IMG/VR virus record: IMGVR_UViG_3300042402_002792
DNA: 64,000 nt
DNA from: a virus
Lineage: Duplodnaviria > Heunggongvirae > Uroviricota > Caudoviricetes
Strand: one strand, 5' to 3'
Below, in pieces: positions 33,067 to 42,391 of the stretch. Position 1 is the stretch's first letter. Each line of letters opens with the position of its first letter. A program made the position numbers and the translations under genes. The notes below the pieces were generated by a model. The model had not been told where the DNA came from, ran no database searches, and saw only the letters and a list, made by a program, of their open reading frames with translations.

Positions 33067-33792
33067 GTGTCTAGAAAACCGTTTAATTGGTCGTTGTTGG
33101 ACAGAGATAACTTGTACACAATGATGTACGAGTTAAAACCCTTTGTAGTGGGCAAACGTTTAGCCGTTCGAGCCCTACAAAAACTCCTCTCTGATCACTT
33201 AAAATATTATTTGCCCATTAGAGTTCGAATGGATCATGACTCTACACACGAAAAGGGGCTAGTATATATCGGTGGCGCATACTATTCTTATCATGATCAA
33301 GAAGAACATAGGCAGATAGAAATTGTCTTCAGCTATAAATCCAAAGATGCTACACTAGTATTATCAGATCATCGATGGGGGAGAATGTGCAAACTGTTTG
33401 CAGATACAATCTTGCACGAAGTTGTCCATATGCGACAATATCGAACTAGAAATTTCAAAGATATTCCGGGCTACCTAAGCACAGCATATTATGCTAGAGA
33501 TCGTCGAGAGCAAGAATACTACGGTCATAAAGACGAAATGGGTGCATTTGCCTTTAACATTGCCTGCGAGTTAAATGACAAATTTGGCAACGATTTTGAC
33601 GCAGCCAAGCACTATTTGGACAGCAATCTATCTAAACGTGCCAAAAAGTCCTGCTGGCACAAGTATATGAAAACATTTGATTGGAACCATAACCATCCAG
33701 TTATACGCTCTATGAAAAAGAAAATTATCCGAAACTTACCCTATGCCCAAATAGGCAAGCCATTTAAAACGCCAGACTACTTGACCTATTAA
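33067..33792 (+). CDS. Putative zinc metalloprotease (HExxH)
   Basis: 241 aa. GTG start with an AGGAG ribosome-binding site. LHEVVHMRQY zincin motif. Confidence 0.4.
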   Translation: MSRKPFNWSLLDRDNLYTMMYELKPFVVGKRLAVRALQKLLSDHLKYYLPIRVRMDHDSTHEKGLVYIGGAYYSYHDQEEHRQIEIVFSYKSKDATLVLSDHRWGRMCKLFADTILHEVVHMRQYRTRNFKDIPGYLSTAYYARDRREQEYYGHKDEMGAFAFNIACELNDKFGNDFDAAKHYLDSNLSKRAKKSCWHKYMKTFDWNHNHPVIRSMKKKIIRNLPYAQIGKPFKTPDYLTY

Positions 33793-33809
33793 TTTATTGA
33801 TGTTATAAT
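33781..33809 (+). promoter_or_regulatory. sigma70-type promoter TTGACC-N17-TATAAT, upstream of the ligase gene
   Basis: TTGACC at 33781-33786, 17-nt spacer, TATAAT at 33804-33809. TAGGAG ribosome-binding site at 33828. Confidence 0.5.
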
Positions 33810-33839
33810 TAGACATTGATAAACTAATAGGAGTTCACC

Positions 33840-35153
33840 GTGAGCGATCCCTGTCATAGTGTTGTTTGGGCACTAGAAACTCACCCTAGCCGCCTTAACA
33901 AAGAAGGCATTATAGAAGTTCAAATGAACGAAGGTAACGATGAGTTCTTTGCAGGATGTCGTCTTGCACTAGATCCTATGATTACTTTTGGACTTAAACA
34001 AATACCGGAGAAAACAAATGAAGACGGCCTTGGCTTATCTTGGGATGCTTTTAATAGTGTTGCTCAGCGTTTATGTAATCGTGAGCTCACAGGCAATGTT
34101 GCCAGGAGTGCCGTTGAAGCTCTAATGAATACAGCAACTAATTCCGAATGGAATGGTTGGTATAGACGCATTCTTATCAAAGATTTGCGTTGCGGTGTTA
34201 GCGAAAAAACTATTAATAAAGTTGTAAAGAAGGTTAAAAAATATGCTATTCCTACTTTCGAATGTCAGCTTGCTCACGATAGTGCTAATCATGAATCGAA
34301 AGTATCTGGAAAGAAACTTATCGAAGTTAAACTCGACGGCGTCCGTGTTATCACTATTGCTTATCCAGACGGGCGTGTTGATCAGTATAGCCGCAACGGT
34401 AAAGAACTTGTAAATTTTCCTCACATTAAAGAACAGCTCAGTGAAGTAGCCAAAGGCTTTGACATACCTTACGTGCTCGATGGTGAGGTAATGAGTAGCT
34501 CATTCCAGGATCTTATGAAACAGGTTCACCGTAAGAGCGATGTTCAGAGTAAGGATGCTATTCTTTATCTGTTTGACATAATGCCTTTGGTAGATTTTAA
34601 GAAAGGCTTTAGCAATTTGTTGCAGACAGAGCGCAGTGGATTACTGCAAAGTTGGCATGAACTTGAAGAAAAAAACTTGCCTAACATTCGTGTACTTGAA
34701 CACGAGCTGGTAGATCTTGATACTGAGGCAGGTCGTAATCTGTTTAAAGAGATTAATCGTGATGCTATCGATAATGGTTACGAAGGTATTATGATTAAGG
34801 ATCCCGATGCGCCATATGAATGTAAACGTAGTACAGCTTGGCTCAAACTCAAGCCGTTTATCGAAGTATCGCTAACTGTTACGGCTGTAGAAGAAGGCAC
34901 TGGTCGTAATGTAGGTAAATTGGGTGCCTTGGTATGTGAAGGTATTGATGATGGAAAAGGTATATCCGTTAATGTTGGTAGCGGCTTTACTGATGCTAAT
35001 CGGGATGATTATTGGACGAGTCGTGAAGAAGTGGTTGGCAAAGTCGTGGAAGTACGGGCTGACGCAATCACTCAGAATCAAGACGGTTCTTATTCGTTAC
35101 GTTTTCCGCGGTTTATACGCTTCAGGGGGTTTAAAGATGGCGAGAAAATTTAA
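33840..35153 (+). CDS. ATP-dependent DNA ligase
   Basis: 437 aa. Adenylation motif I KxDGxR (VKLDGVRVI) and a downstream OB-domain-like region. GTG start. Confidence 0.7.
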   Translation: MSDPCHSVVWALETHPSRLNKEGIIEVQMNEGNDEFFAGCRLALDPMITFGLKQIPEKTNEDGLGLSWDAFNSVAQRLCNRELTGNVARSAVEALMNTATNSEWNGWYRRILIKDLRCGVSEKTINKVVKKVKKYAIPTFECQLAHDSANHESKVSGKKLIEVKLDGVRVITIAYPDGRVDQYSRNGKELVNFPHIKEQLSEVAKGFDIPYVLDGEVMSSSFQDLMKQVHRKSDVQSKDAILYLFDIMPLVDFKKGFSNLLQTERSGLLQSWHELEEKNLPNIRVLEHELVDLDTEAGRNLFKEINRDAIDNGYEGIMIKDPDAPYECKRSTAWLKLKPFIEVSLTVTAVEEGTGRNVGKLGALVCEGIDDGKGISVNVGSGFTDANRDDYWTSREEVVGKVVEVRADAITQNQDGSYSLRFPRFIRFRGFKDGEKI

Positions 35154-35385
35154 TATTAGACGGAGTATGAACAAGGATATTGTCTATGGTGCTTTGTTAG
35201 AATTAAGTCAAAATCAACGTGTCTGGCACGAAAGTTCTGTTAGTCCCGAATACAGCAAGTTGACTGAAGAAGGCAGAGAAGCTATCATTCATGTCATTGA
35301 AGAAATGTTCCGTGGACTTCAAACTATTCATCAGTTAGAAATTAAGGAAGAAGCCAAACGACAAACTCTCGAGGCACTACGATGA
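35137..35385 (+). CDS. Small hypothetical protein
   Basis: ORF 34924-35385 trimmed to ATG 35137 (MARKFNIRRS...), which overlaps the ligase stop. Confidence 0.4.
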   Translation: MARKFNIRRSMNKDIVYGALLELSQNQRVWHESSVSPEYSKLTEEGREAIIHVIEEMFRGLQTIHQLEIKEEAKRQTLEALR

Positions 35386-35606
35386 AATTTATTCAACAAG
35401 TATCAAAAATACGAACAGTGAGACAAGGTGATAGTAAGTTTATGCTCAACGACGGTCTAGTGATATGCCCTAGAGCAGGATTTGAAATTAACGAACACTG
35501 CCCACGAGAATATCGACAGATTATTGCTGCCTGTATTGATCAAGGTTGGCTTAAACCCGTTGCTCATGTGTACGGCAAAGAACTAACAATGGATGCATTA
35601 CGATGA
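35382..35606 (+). CDS. Small hypothetical protein
   Basis: 74 aa with overlapping start/stop. Confidence 0.4.
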   Translation: MKFIQQVSKIRTVRQGDSKFMLNDGLVICPRAGFEINEHCPREYRQIIAACIDQGWLKPVAHVYGKELTMDALR

Positions 35607-35803
35607 GCTCAGTCAGCAATGTTACAGCACGTATTAACGAAATTTATCGTTATAACGAAATTAAAAAAGCAGATATTCGACTAGAACAACAGCGTGTTGA
35701 CGAGCGCAGAATTAAATATCAAAAAGAGGTCGAAGAACAAAAACGAATTGAAATGAATCGTAGAATGAATCGGCCTGGACAGAATGTAGATAGGATGGCT
35801 TGA
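35603..35803 (+). CDS. Small basic coiled-coil protein
   Basis: 66 aa. Confidence 0.4.
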   Translation: MSSVSNVTARINEIYRYNEIKKADIRLEQQRVDERRIKYQKEVEEQKRIEMNRRMNRPGQNVDRMA

Positions 35804-35807
35804 TTAA

Positions 35808-35993
35808 ATGATAAAGATAGAAAAGGATCAAATATGGACTTCTCAAAATAGAACAGAATTTCATATAGACGATATTAGAGAAACAGAAAAAGGTGTGTGG
35901 ATACACTATACTAATACCTTTACTCAGCAGACATATAGTTGTCTTGAGGAAGCATTTAGACAAAGATTTTACCCGGTAATGAACCGGGGTTAA
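35808..35993 (+). CDS. Small hypothetical protein
   Basis: 61 aa. Confidence 0.35.
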   Translation: MIKIEKDQIWTSQNRTEFHIDDIRETEKGVWIHYTNTFTQQTYSCLEEAFRQRFYPVMNRG

Positions 35994-36015
35994 ATATATT
36001 TTTAAAGGAGATAAT

Positions 36016-36702
36016 ATGTTTGGAACAGCTTATACAGGCGGAGTAGTTTATCGTTCTGCCAGTGAAATTAATTCAGCTATGGGTCGTGTCTACGGACATA
36101 TGAGTCTTGCTGTATTAACTAGCATGATTGTCAGCTACTTTGTGGGCACTAGTCCAGAGTTGCTACAATTTTTCTTTACAGGTGTAATGAAATGGATTGT
36201 GATTTTTGCACCGTTAGTGGCTATTTTTGCCTTTGCGTTTGCATCAGAAAAATTTAGCAAAACAGGATTGCAGGCATTCTTGCACGGCTTTGCAGCTCTA
36301 ATGGGACTTAGCTTTGCCACAATTTTTGCAGTATTCACTATGGGCAGTATTGTTAGTGCCTTTATGGGTGCGGCTATATTGTTTGCAGTAATGAGCGGCT
36401 ATGGTTATTTTACTAAGAAAGATCTTAGCGGTGTTGGACAATTCATGTTTATTGGATTGATTGCTATCATTATTGCCAGCATTGTGAATATTTTTATTGG
36501 CAGCACGGTTATGCAGATGGTAATTTCAGCATTGGCTATTATCATCTTCTTAGGGCTAACTGCCTACGATACTCAACGAATTCGTGAAATGGTTAGTATT
36601 GATAATACCGGCCGTGAGGAAGTAATCGGCGCATTGACTCTATATATGGATTTTATCAACTTGTTTATCAACTTGTTACAACTGTTTGGCGATAGAAAAT
36701 GA
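36016..36702 (+). CDS. Bax-inhibitor-1/YccA (TMBIM) family membrane protein
   Basis: 228 aa with 7 predicted transmembrane helices. AAAGGAG ribosome-binding site. Confidence 0.5.
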   Translation: MFGTAYTGGVVYRSASEINSAMGRVYGHMSLAVLTSMIVSYFVGTSPELLQFFFTGVMKWIVIFAPLVAIFAFAFASEKFSKTGLQAFLHGFAALMGLSFATIFAVFTMGSIVSAFMGAAILFAVMSGYGYFTKKDLSGVGQFMFIGLIAIIIASIVNIFIGSTVMQMVISALAIIIFLGLTAYDTQRIREMVSIDNTGREEVIGALTLYMDFINLFINLLQLFGDRK

Positions 36703-37136
36703 TACGTGAATTTATCAATATTGTAGAAGGCATTCGCATCACTGACGATTGGTTCAAAGACGGTGGGTTCAAAACCTACAAACGTCCAGCCAAAGAGCGT
36801 TATGAGATTGCCAGCGAACCCGGCACTATCGACACACTGGAAGGTCCGGTTAAGTATCCAAAAGGATTCTACATCATGACCGGGCCAAAAGGTGAACAGT
36901 ATCCTATCAGTCCAGAGAAGTTTAACGATCTTAAAGATGATCTAGGTGATGGTGTTTGCACACCAAAAAAGATCATCAAAGTGGCTAAACTAGCAGATCA
37001 CTCCGGAACAGTTGACACAAGTTGGGGAGAGAAGTTACACTATAATCCAGGCGAAGACGTTGTTGTTCGTCATGGTGAGAACGACTACGGTGTTGTTAAG
37101 AAAGACATATTCGCACAAACATACGAGAAAATGTAA
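36699..37136 (+). CDS. Hypothetical protein
   Basis: 145-aa ORF. Confidence 0.4.
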   Translation: MIREFINIVEGIRITDDWFKDGGFKTYKRPAKERYEIASEPGTIDTLEGPVKYPKGFYIMTGPKGEQYPISPEKFNDLKDDLGDGVCTPKKIIKVAKLADHSGTVDTSWGEKLHYNPGEDVVVRHGENDYGVVKKDIFAQTYEKM

Positions 37137-37972
37137 TGGCACAAAGAAGCAATTATTGGTCATGCAGTAAATTTGCAGACTGGGTTCGTGGAACACCTAA
37201 GGCAGGTGCTAAAACTTCGGACGGGTGGCACGAATGGGAAGTTGAAGCAAAACGATACAATCCCGTTCGCTACTGGATTGCAGAAGAAGCCTTAGACGCC
37301 ATACAGAACTTTATCTGGTGGCCAGTAGATAGGATTTATGATGTCAAGTACTATATTAATAACCGTTGGGTTAGTCGGACTCATAGTCTTACTGCTCACC
37401 CTCGCGACATCAAACCCGGCCAGTGGCAGGATGTTGGTAACAGGTTTCTTCCCTGCTTGTTCAACGAACTTGTAGACTTTGTTGAAATTGAATCTGCATG
37501 GAGCCACATTGCATGGGGTGATGCCAAAGATAAAGCCAAATACAATGCTCCCTTCTGGGCAAGTGGGTGGTTCCGTTGGCGTGTGTGGCGCTGTCCACAA
37601 GCCGGCATTGACCACCTTGATTGGGCAATGACACTGACCAACACTGACTGGTGTGAACCTGACGATCCAGAATATGGCAAACCTACATTACAAGCAGAAC
37701 GTGCAAAAGAAATCAAAGAACTCTACACTTGGTGGACTGTGACCTATCGTGCTCGCCCTGATCCATATGATGCAAGTGGGTGGACTGAATACTGCGAACA
37801 GGCACGGTTGCTCAACGATGGCAGACTATTTGGCAGCAAGAAGACTCCTGAACTTGAAGAACTCAGCACACGCTCACATGAACTGCTACAGAAGATTGAA
37901 GCAGAATACGCTGCCGAAGATGAAGCTATGATGATCCGACTAATCAAGGCACGTGACAGTCTTTGGACATAA
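37136..37972 (+). CDS. Hypothetical Trp-rich protein
   Basis: 278-aa ORF. Confidence 0.4.
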   Translation: MAQRSNYWSCSKFADWVRGTPKAGAKTSDGWHEWEVEAKRYNPVRYWIAEEALDAIQNFIWWPVDRIYDVKYYINNRWVSRTHSLTAHPRDIKPGQWQDVGNRFLPCLFNELVDFVEIESAWSHIAWGDAKDKAKYNAPFWASGWFRWRVWRCPQAGIDHLDWAMTLTNTDWCEPDDPEYGKPTLQAERAKEIKELYTWWTVTYRARPDPYDASGWTEYCEQARLLNDGRLFGSKKTPELEELSTRSHELLQKIEAEYAAEDEAMMIRLIKARDSLWT

Positions 37973-38047
37973 AAGTCTAATTTTGTAATCATTTTGTAAT
38001 CTCTTTGTGTTTAAATAATTATATCACTAACACAAGGAGACTTACAG

Positions 38048-39048
38048 TGAAAAAACTATTTGCTATTCTATTAGCCTCGGTGGCTATGTCAGTTCAAGCT
38101 GATATCACAGGCGCAGGCGCAACGTTCCCGTTTCCAATCTATGCCAAATGGGCTGAAGGATATAAGAAAGCCACAGGTAACAGTTTAAACTATCAAAGTA
38201 TTGGTAGTTCTGGTGGTATTAGACAAATCAACGCAAAGACCGTCGACTTTGGTGCAACGGACGCTCCAGTAAGTGGAGAGAACTTAGACAAGATGGGACA
38301 AGTACAGTTTCCAGCAATCATCGGCGGAACAGTGCCAGTTGTCAACTTAGATGGTATCAAGCCCGGCGAACTAAAGATCACTGGACCTGTTATGGCTGAA
38401 GTATTCATGGGCAACATCACTAAGTGGAATGATCCTAAGTTAGTAGCATTGAATCCAGGCAAAACATTACCTAACACAGAAATCACTGTTGTCCATCGTG
38501 CTGATGGATCAGGAACAACATTTAACTGGACAGACTATCTTGCTACAGTAAGTCCTGAGTGGCTAGCTAAAGTAGGTCGTGGTGCCGCAGTTAAATGGCC
38601 CTCACCAAATAGTGTAGGTGGCAAAGGCAATGAAGGTGTTGCTGCCAACGTGAATCGTATCAAAGGCTCAATTGGTTATGTAGAGTATGCTTATGTTAAG
38701 AAGAACAACATGGTGTTTCTACAACTACAAAACAAGTCAGGTAAGTTTGTTAGTCCAGATGACCTAACATTTGCTGCCGCAGCCGATGGTGCTGATTGGT
38801 TTAGTGTCCCCGGTATGGGATTAAGCATTGTGGATCAGAAGAATCCTAATGCATGGCCAGTAAGTTCAGCAAGTTTTATCATTATGTACAAAGAGCCAAA
38901 AAACAAAGCCACTAGCGATGAAGTATTAAAGTTCTTTGATTGGGCATTTAAGAATGGTAAAAAGGATGCCATAGATTTAGACTATGTTCCATTACCGGAT
39001 GCACTAACAAAGCAAATACGTGAACGTGTTTGGACACAAATTAAATAA
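38048..39048 (+). CDS. pstS: Periplasmic phosphate-binding protein PstS
   Basis: The ORF track's 38005 start was trimmed to GTG 38048 (AAGGAG ribosome-binding site 7 nt upstream). Signal peptide MKKLFAILLASVAMSVQA. Conserved PstS motifs (GATFPFPIYAKWA, SGGI, GATDAP, GSIGYVEYAY). GC-richer than neighbours. Confidence 0.8.
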
Positions 39049-39131
39049 TATTGTGTAAACGATTAAAGGGGCTACCGCGTTATATATATGTAGGATATAA
39101 ATTTCTACATTAACCAAAAAGGAAACTTATC

Positions 39132-39374
39132 ATGAAATTGATCGCAACTTTAATCGCTACTATGTTTGCCGCTACTGCTTTTGCTCAAGCACCAGCTAAG
39201 AAAGAAGAAAAGAAAGTGGAAGCTAAGCCTGCTGTTACTGCACCGGCTCCAGCTGCTAGTACTCCTGCACCCAGCGCACCTGCTGCCAAAGCAGACACTA
39301 AAAGCGAAGCCAAAGCCGCTCCCGCTAAAAAGGACGACAAAAAGCCTGCTGACGCAGCTCCAGCTAAGAAGTGA
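39132..39374 (+). CDS. Secreted Ala/Pro/Lys-rich low-complexity protein
   Basis: 80 aa. Signal peptide MKLIATLIATMFAATAFAQA followed by PAPA/AKK repeats. Confidence 0.45.
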   Translation: MKLIATLIATMFAATAFAQAPAKKEEKKVEAKPAVTAPAPAASTPAPSAPAAKADTKSEAKAAPAKKDDKKPADAAPAKK

Positions 39375-39544
39375 TCTTGAAGACGGCGAAGATTGTTTCT
39401 GTGAAGAATTAGCCCTTCACGTTTCATATCGCCGTCCAGAATTAGTTCAGGATAGTAAAATCGTTGATGACGATGAAAAACTGCCCGAACATATTCGTTG
39501 GAAACTATTTTTAGCTAGGCAATTAGCATTAGTAAAATACAGAG

Positions 39545-39575
39545 AAGCCCATGGTTAAGCCCTGGGCTTTTTTGT
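39545..39575 (+). terminator. Rho-independent terminator
   Basis: Hairpin AGCCCA..TGGGCT followed by T6. Confidence 0.5.
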
Positions 39576-39603
39576 GTAAATAAAATATCAAAAGGAGACT
39601 GCT

Positions 39604-39870
39604 ATGAAATTATTAGCCGCGTTAGTATTAGGATTATCATTAGGTCTAGCACAAGCTAGCGAACCTGCTAAAAAGCCAGAAGGCGAAACTAAAGATGTTA
39701 AAGTTGGTAACAAGACTCAAGAAGTCCGTGTGCCAAAGTCTGCTAAAATTGACTGTAAAGTAGAAGCAAACAAGGACAAGACTGAGTGCAAGAAGCAACC
39801 AAAAGAAATGCCAAAGATTGATAAACCAGTAGTCAAAGAAGAACCAAAAAAAGAATCAGCTAAGAAGTAA
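39604..39870 (+). CDS. Secreted Lys-rich small protein
   Basis: 88 aa. Signal peptide MKLLAALVLGLSLGLAQA. AAAGGAG ribosome-binding site. Confidence 0.5.
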   Translation: MKLLAALVLGLSLGLAQASEPAKKPEGETKDVKVGNKTQEVRVPKSAKIDCKVEANKDKTECKKQPKEMPKIDKPVVKEEPKKESAKK

Positions 39871-39878
39871 GCTGTTGT

Positions 39879-39911
39879 AACCTGTAGATTTAACTCTACA
39901 GGTTTTCTTTT
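39879..39911 (+). terminator. Rho-independent terminator
   Basis: 10-bp perfect hairpin AACCTGTAGA-TTTAAC-TCTACAGGTT followed by TTCTTTT. Confidence 0.65.
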
Positions 39912-39940
39912 GACTAATTATCTGCGTATATAAATAATCG

Positions 39941-40642
39941 ATGAGAATTTGTATACTTGCATCTCCAAGAACCGGTAGCCAGCATTTAGCTGAGATTATA
40001 AGAAGATCATATCCTAATATGACAGACTGCCTAGAGCCGTTTACTGATAGTGATTTCCTAAGAGATATAGAATTAAAAAATAATCAAATTATTCTATCAA
40101 CAAATAAAAAATATAAATCTGTTAGACAGCGTGTTGAAACTGTTTGTAATTTCATTGATAAGTCCGATTCAAATCAAAATTTAGTATTAAGATTATTTTT
40201 ATTAGATTATATAGAATCTTTTTTACCCCAAATTGTTTACTTTCTTAAAAAAAATAATTTTAAATTTTTAGTTCTAAAAAGAGACTTGTCGGAACAATTA
40301 TTAAGTTGGGCTATTGCAAGAACCACAGACAAATATAATACCGTTACTAAAGGTTATGATATTGGGCAGAAATTTAAAGTTACAGACTTTCACAGTGTTC
40401 AATGGTTGTTTAATCAACAAAAAGAATTTGATAGAAGATTAAGTGCCTTAGATATCGAATACAAAACTATCCATTATACTACATTATATCAAGACTTAGA
40501 ACAGTTATTGAATATTCAAGTTAATCAAACTAGTCTCACTCTTAAAAAACAAGTTGTAGGTAACCATTACGATTATATAGAAAATGCAGAGCAAGTAAAA
40601 GAAATTATAGAGAATATTACAAATGGAACAAAAATATATTAA
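39941..40642 (+). CDS. Sulfotransferase-family (Stf0-like) protein
   Basis: 233 aa. N-terminal PAPS-binding-like P-loop (ILASPRTGSQHL). A TATAAATA late-promoter-like motif sits at about 39921. Confidence 0.4.
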   Translation: MRICILASPRTGSQHLAEIIRRSYPNMTDCLEPFTDSDFLRDIELKNNQIILSTNKKYKSVRQRVETVCNFIDKSDSNQNLVLRLFLLDYIESFLPQIVYFLKKNNFKFLVLKRDLSEQLLSWAIARTTDKYNTVTKGYDIGQKFKVTDFHSVQWLFNQQKEFDRRLSALDIEYKTIHYTTLYQDLEQLLNIQVNQTSLTLKKQVVGNHYDYIENAEQVKEIIENITNGTKIY

Positions 40643-41573
40643 ATTAGTACATTCAAATCCCGACCACGAAAACTGGTTTGTAGTCAACTGGTGTTTGGGT
40701 AATACTTGCAATTTTGAGTGTAGTTATTGCCCAGCTGCACTACACGACGGATCAAAACGTTGGCCAGATCCTCAAGTAATTAAAAATTTTATTGCTCGTG
40801 TTAAAGATCATTTTTTTCATAAAAATATCTATTTTGAATTTACAGGTGGCGAAGTTACCATGTACAAGCACTTTACTGAAATTTGTCAATTTTGTGCAGA
40901 CATGGGAATCAAAGTAGGATTGATCAGCAACGGTTCTCGAACTATTCGATACTGGGAAGAAAACAAACAGTTCTTTGATCACGTATGTCTAAGCTTCCAC
41001 CCGGAGTTTGCTGATGAAAAACATTTTGTTGAGGTAGTTAAGACCTTGCACAAAGATGTAAGAACTCATGTTAACATTATGATGAGTCCAGAAAAGTTTG
41101 ACTATTGCTATGCTGTAGCTAACAAAGTTAAAAACTTAGGAAATATAAGCATGGCCTTACAGCCGTTAATTCACGACTTTGGTGACACACTTTATAATTA
41201 CAGCGAATTCCAAAAAAAGATCTTTGATAAACAGCACGAACTAATTACCAAACATATTAAGTTTGATCAGTCGTTTGATTATTATAGAGGTGCTATGAAG
41301 ATGGTCAATGAAGAAGGACAATCGATGATTTCTAGCGCACATAGATTTATCAGTGATAAAACTAATGACTGGTCCAACTGGAATTGCTACGCTGGTGTAG
41401 AACAGCTGATAGTTGATATGGACGGATCAATCTATCGAGGATGGTGCAAGATGGGAGGAGCAATAGGCAATATTGCCGATCATGTGTTTGATTTACCAAC
41501 TGAACCTATTCAATGTCAAAAAACAATGTGCCATTGTAATTTTGATATTATGTGTACTAAAGAAAAAATTTAA
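40623..41573 (+). CDS. Radical SAM enzyme (family A) with a C-terminal Cys-rich, SPASM-like tail
   Basis: CxxxCxxC (CNFECSYC). C-terminal block AGVEQLIVDMDGSIYRGWCKMGGAIGN...CQKTMCHCNFDIMC, shared with the gene at 46080-47135. Confidence 0.6.
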   Translation: MEQKYIKLVHSNPDHENWFVVNWCLGNTCNFECSYCPAALHDGSKRWPDPQVIKNFIARVKDHFFHKNIYFEFTGGEVTMYKHFTEICQFCADMGIKVGLISNGSRTIRYWEENKQFFDHVCLSFHPEFADEKHFVEVVKTLHKDVRTHVNIMMSPEKFDYCYAVANKVKNLGNISMALQPLIHDFGDTLYNYSEFQKKIFDKQHELITKHIKFDQSFDYYRGAMKMVNEEGQSMISSAHRFISDKTNDWSNWNCYAGVEQLIVDMDGSIYRGWCKMGGAIGNIADHVFDLPTEPIQCQKTMCHCNFDIMCTKEKI

Positions 41574-42391
41574 AAAAAGGCAACATTCATTGCATCAACA
41601 TCTTTTTGAGTCTTATAAAGATGTGTTGCAAATTTTGTAACATCCCAGGATGCAATAGATTGAGTTGTTATTATATTAGCTAACTGATCGCTTAGTATGT
41701 TTCGATTAATTTTACTAATATGATTTACTCTATAGTCTAACCCTGGAGTCTTTGCATTTGAAGATAGCATATATTGGTGTAAAGACGAACTGCTAAATTC
41801 ATTACTGCTAATATCTGCTAGTGTATCAGTTTCATTTAGTATAGGAAAAAAGTTATCAGTAGCAGTTACTAACTTGTTTAATTGACTAATCTTTTTTCCT
41901 TCTTCTGGAGAACGAAAACATTTTAAAACAATCACTTTGTTTGTTATATTATGCTGACTCCACACTTTTAAAAACGATGCTAATTTTAAAATATTGTAAT
42001 TAAGAGAAGGATGTAATACTTCTTCCATAGCCCATAATGCATGATCTTTATTTTCTTTAATCCATTGTTGTTCTCGGCGGCTTCTTAAATCTACTACATC
42101 TAATAAATTATAGAAAATACCTAGACTAGGATCCGGCATATTCCATGCATATAATCTTTGCTCGTTAGTTAATGCAAAAACAAATATGTCTTCTTTGTCG
42201 TATTCTTCGTTTATCAAATATTGATGAAATCTCATCATGGTAAAATTTAAACCACTGCCAGATACAGCATGATTAATTGAAGGTACATTTAACTTTTGTC
42301 CTAAATATGTAGACCAGTGTAATGGACTAACTTCTTTTAGTACCCAGTCATAACCGGCAAAACTGTCTCCAAATACAACTACTTTCTTCAT
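41570..42391 (-). CDS. SGNH/GDSL-like hydrolase family protein (paralog 1)
   Basis: N-terminal MKKVVVFGDSFAGY (GDSx block I). Paralogous to the gene at 42388-43197. Confidence 0.4.
   Translation of the reverse strand: MKKVVVFGDSFAGYDWVLKEVSPLHWSTYLGQKLNVPSINHAVSGSGLNFTMMRFHQYLINEEYDKEDIFVFALTNEQRLYAWNMPDPSLGIFYNLLDVVDLRSRREQQWIKENKDHALWAMEEVLHPSLNYNILKLASFLKVWSQHNITNKVIVLKCFRSPEEGKKISQLNKLVTATDNFFPILNETDTLADISSNEFSSSSLHQYMLSSNAKTPGLDYRVNHISKINRNILSDQLANIITTQSIASWDVTKFATHLYKTQKDVDAMNVAFF

Noticed and set aside
39166-39558. ORFs at 39166-39558 (+) and 39185-39427 (-) overlapping the Ala/Pro/Lys-rich gene
   Set aside because: The overlapping portion comprises low-complexity alternate-frame translations of a GCN/AAR-rich gene. 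The downstream part (39375-39558) is an open frame with no start codon. It is recorded as an oddity, not as a gene.
39915-39940. TATAAATA motif (T4-type late promoter) upstream of the sulfotransferase-like gene
   Set aside because: It is a single occurrence in AT-rich DNA and cannot be distinguished from chance without genome-wide statistics.
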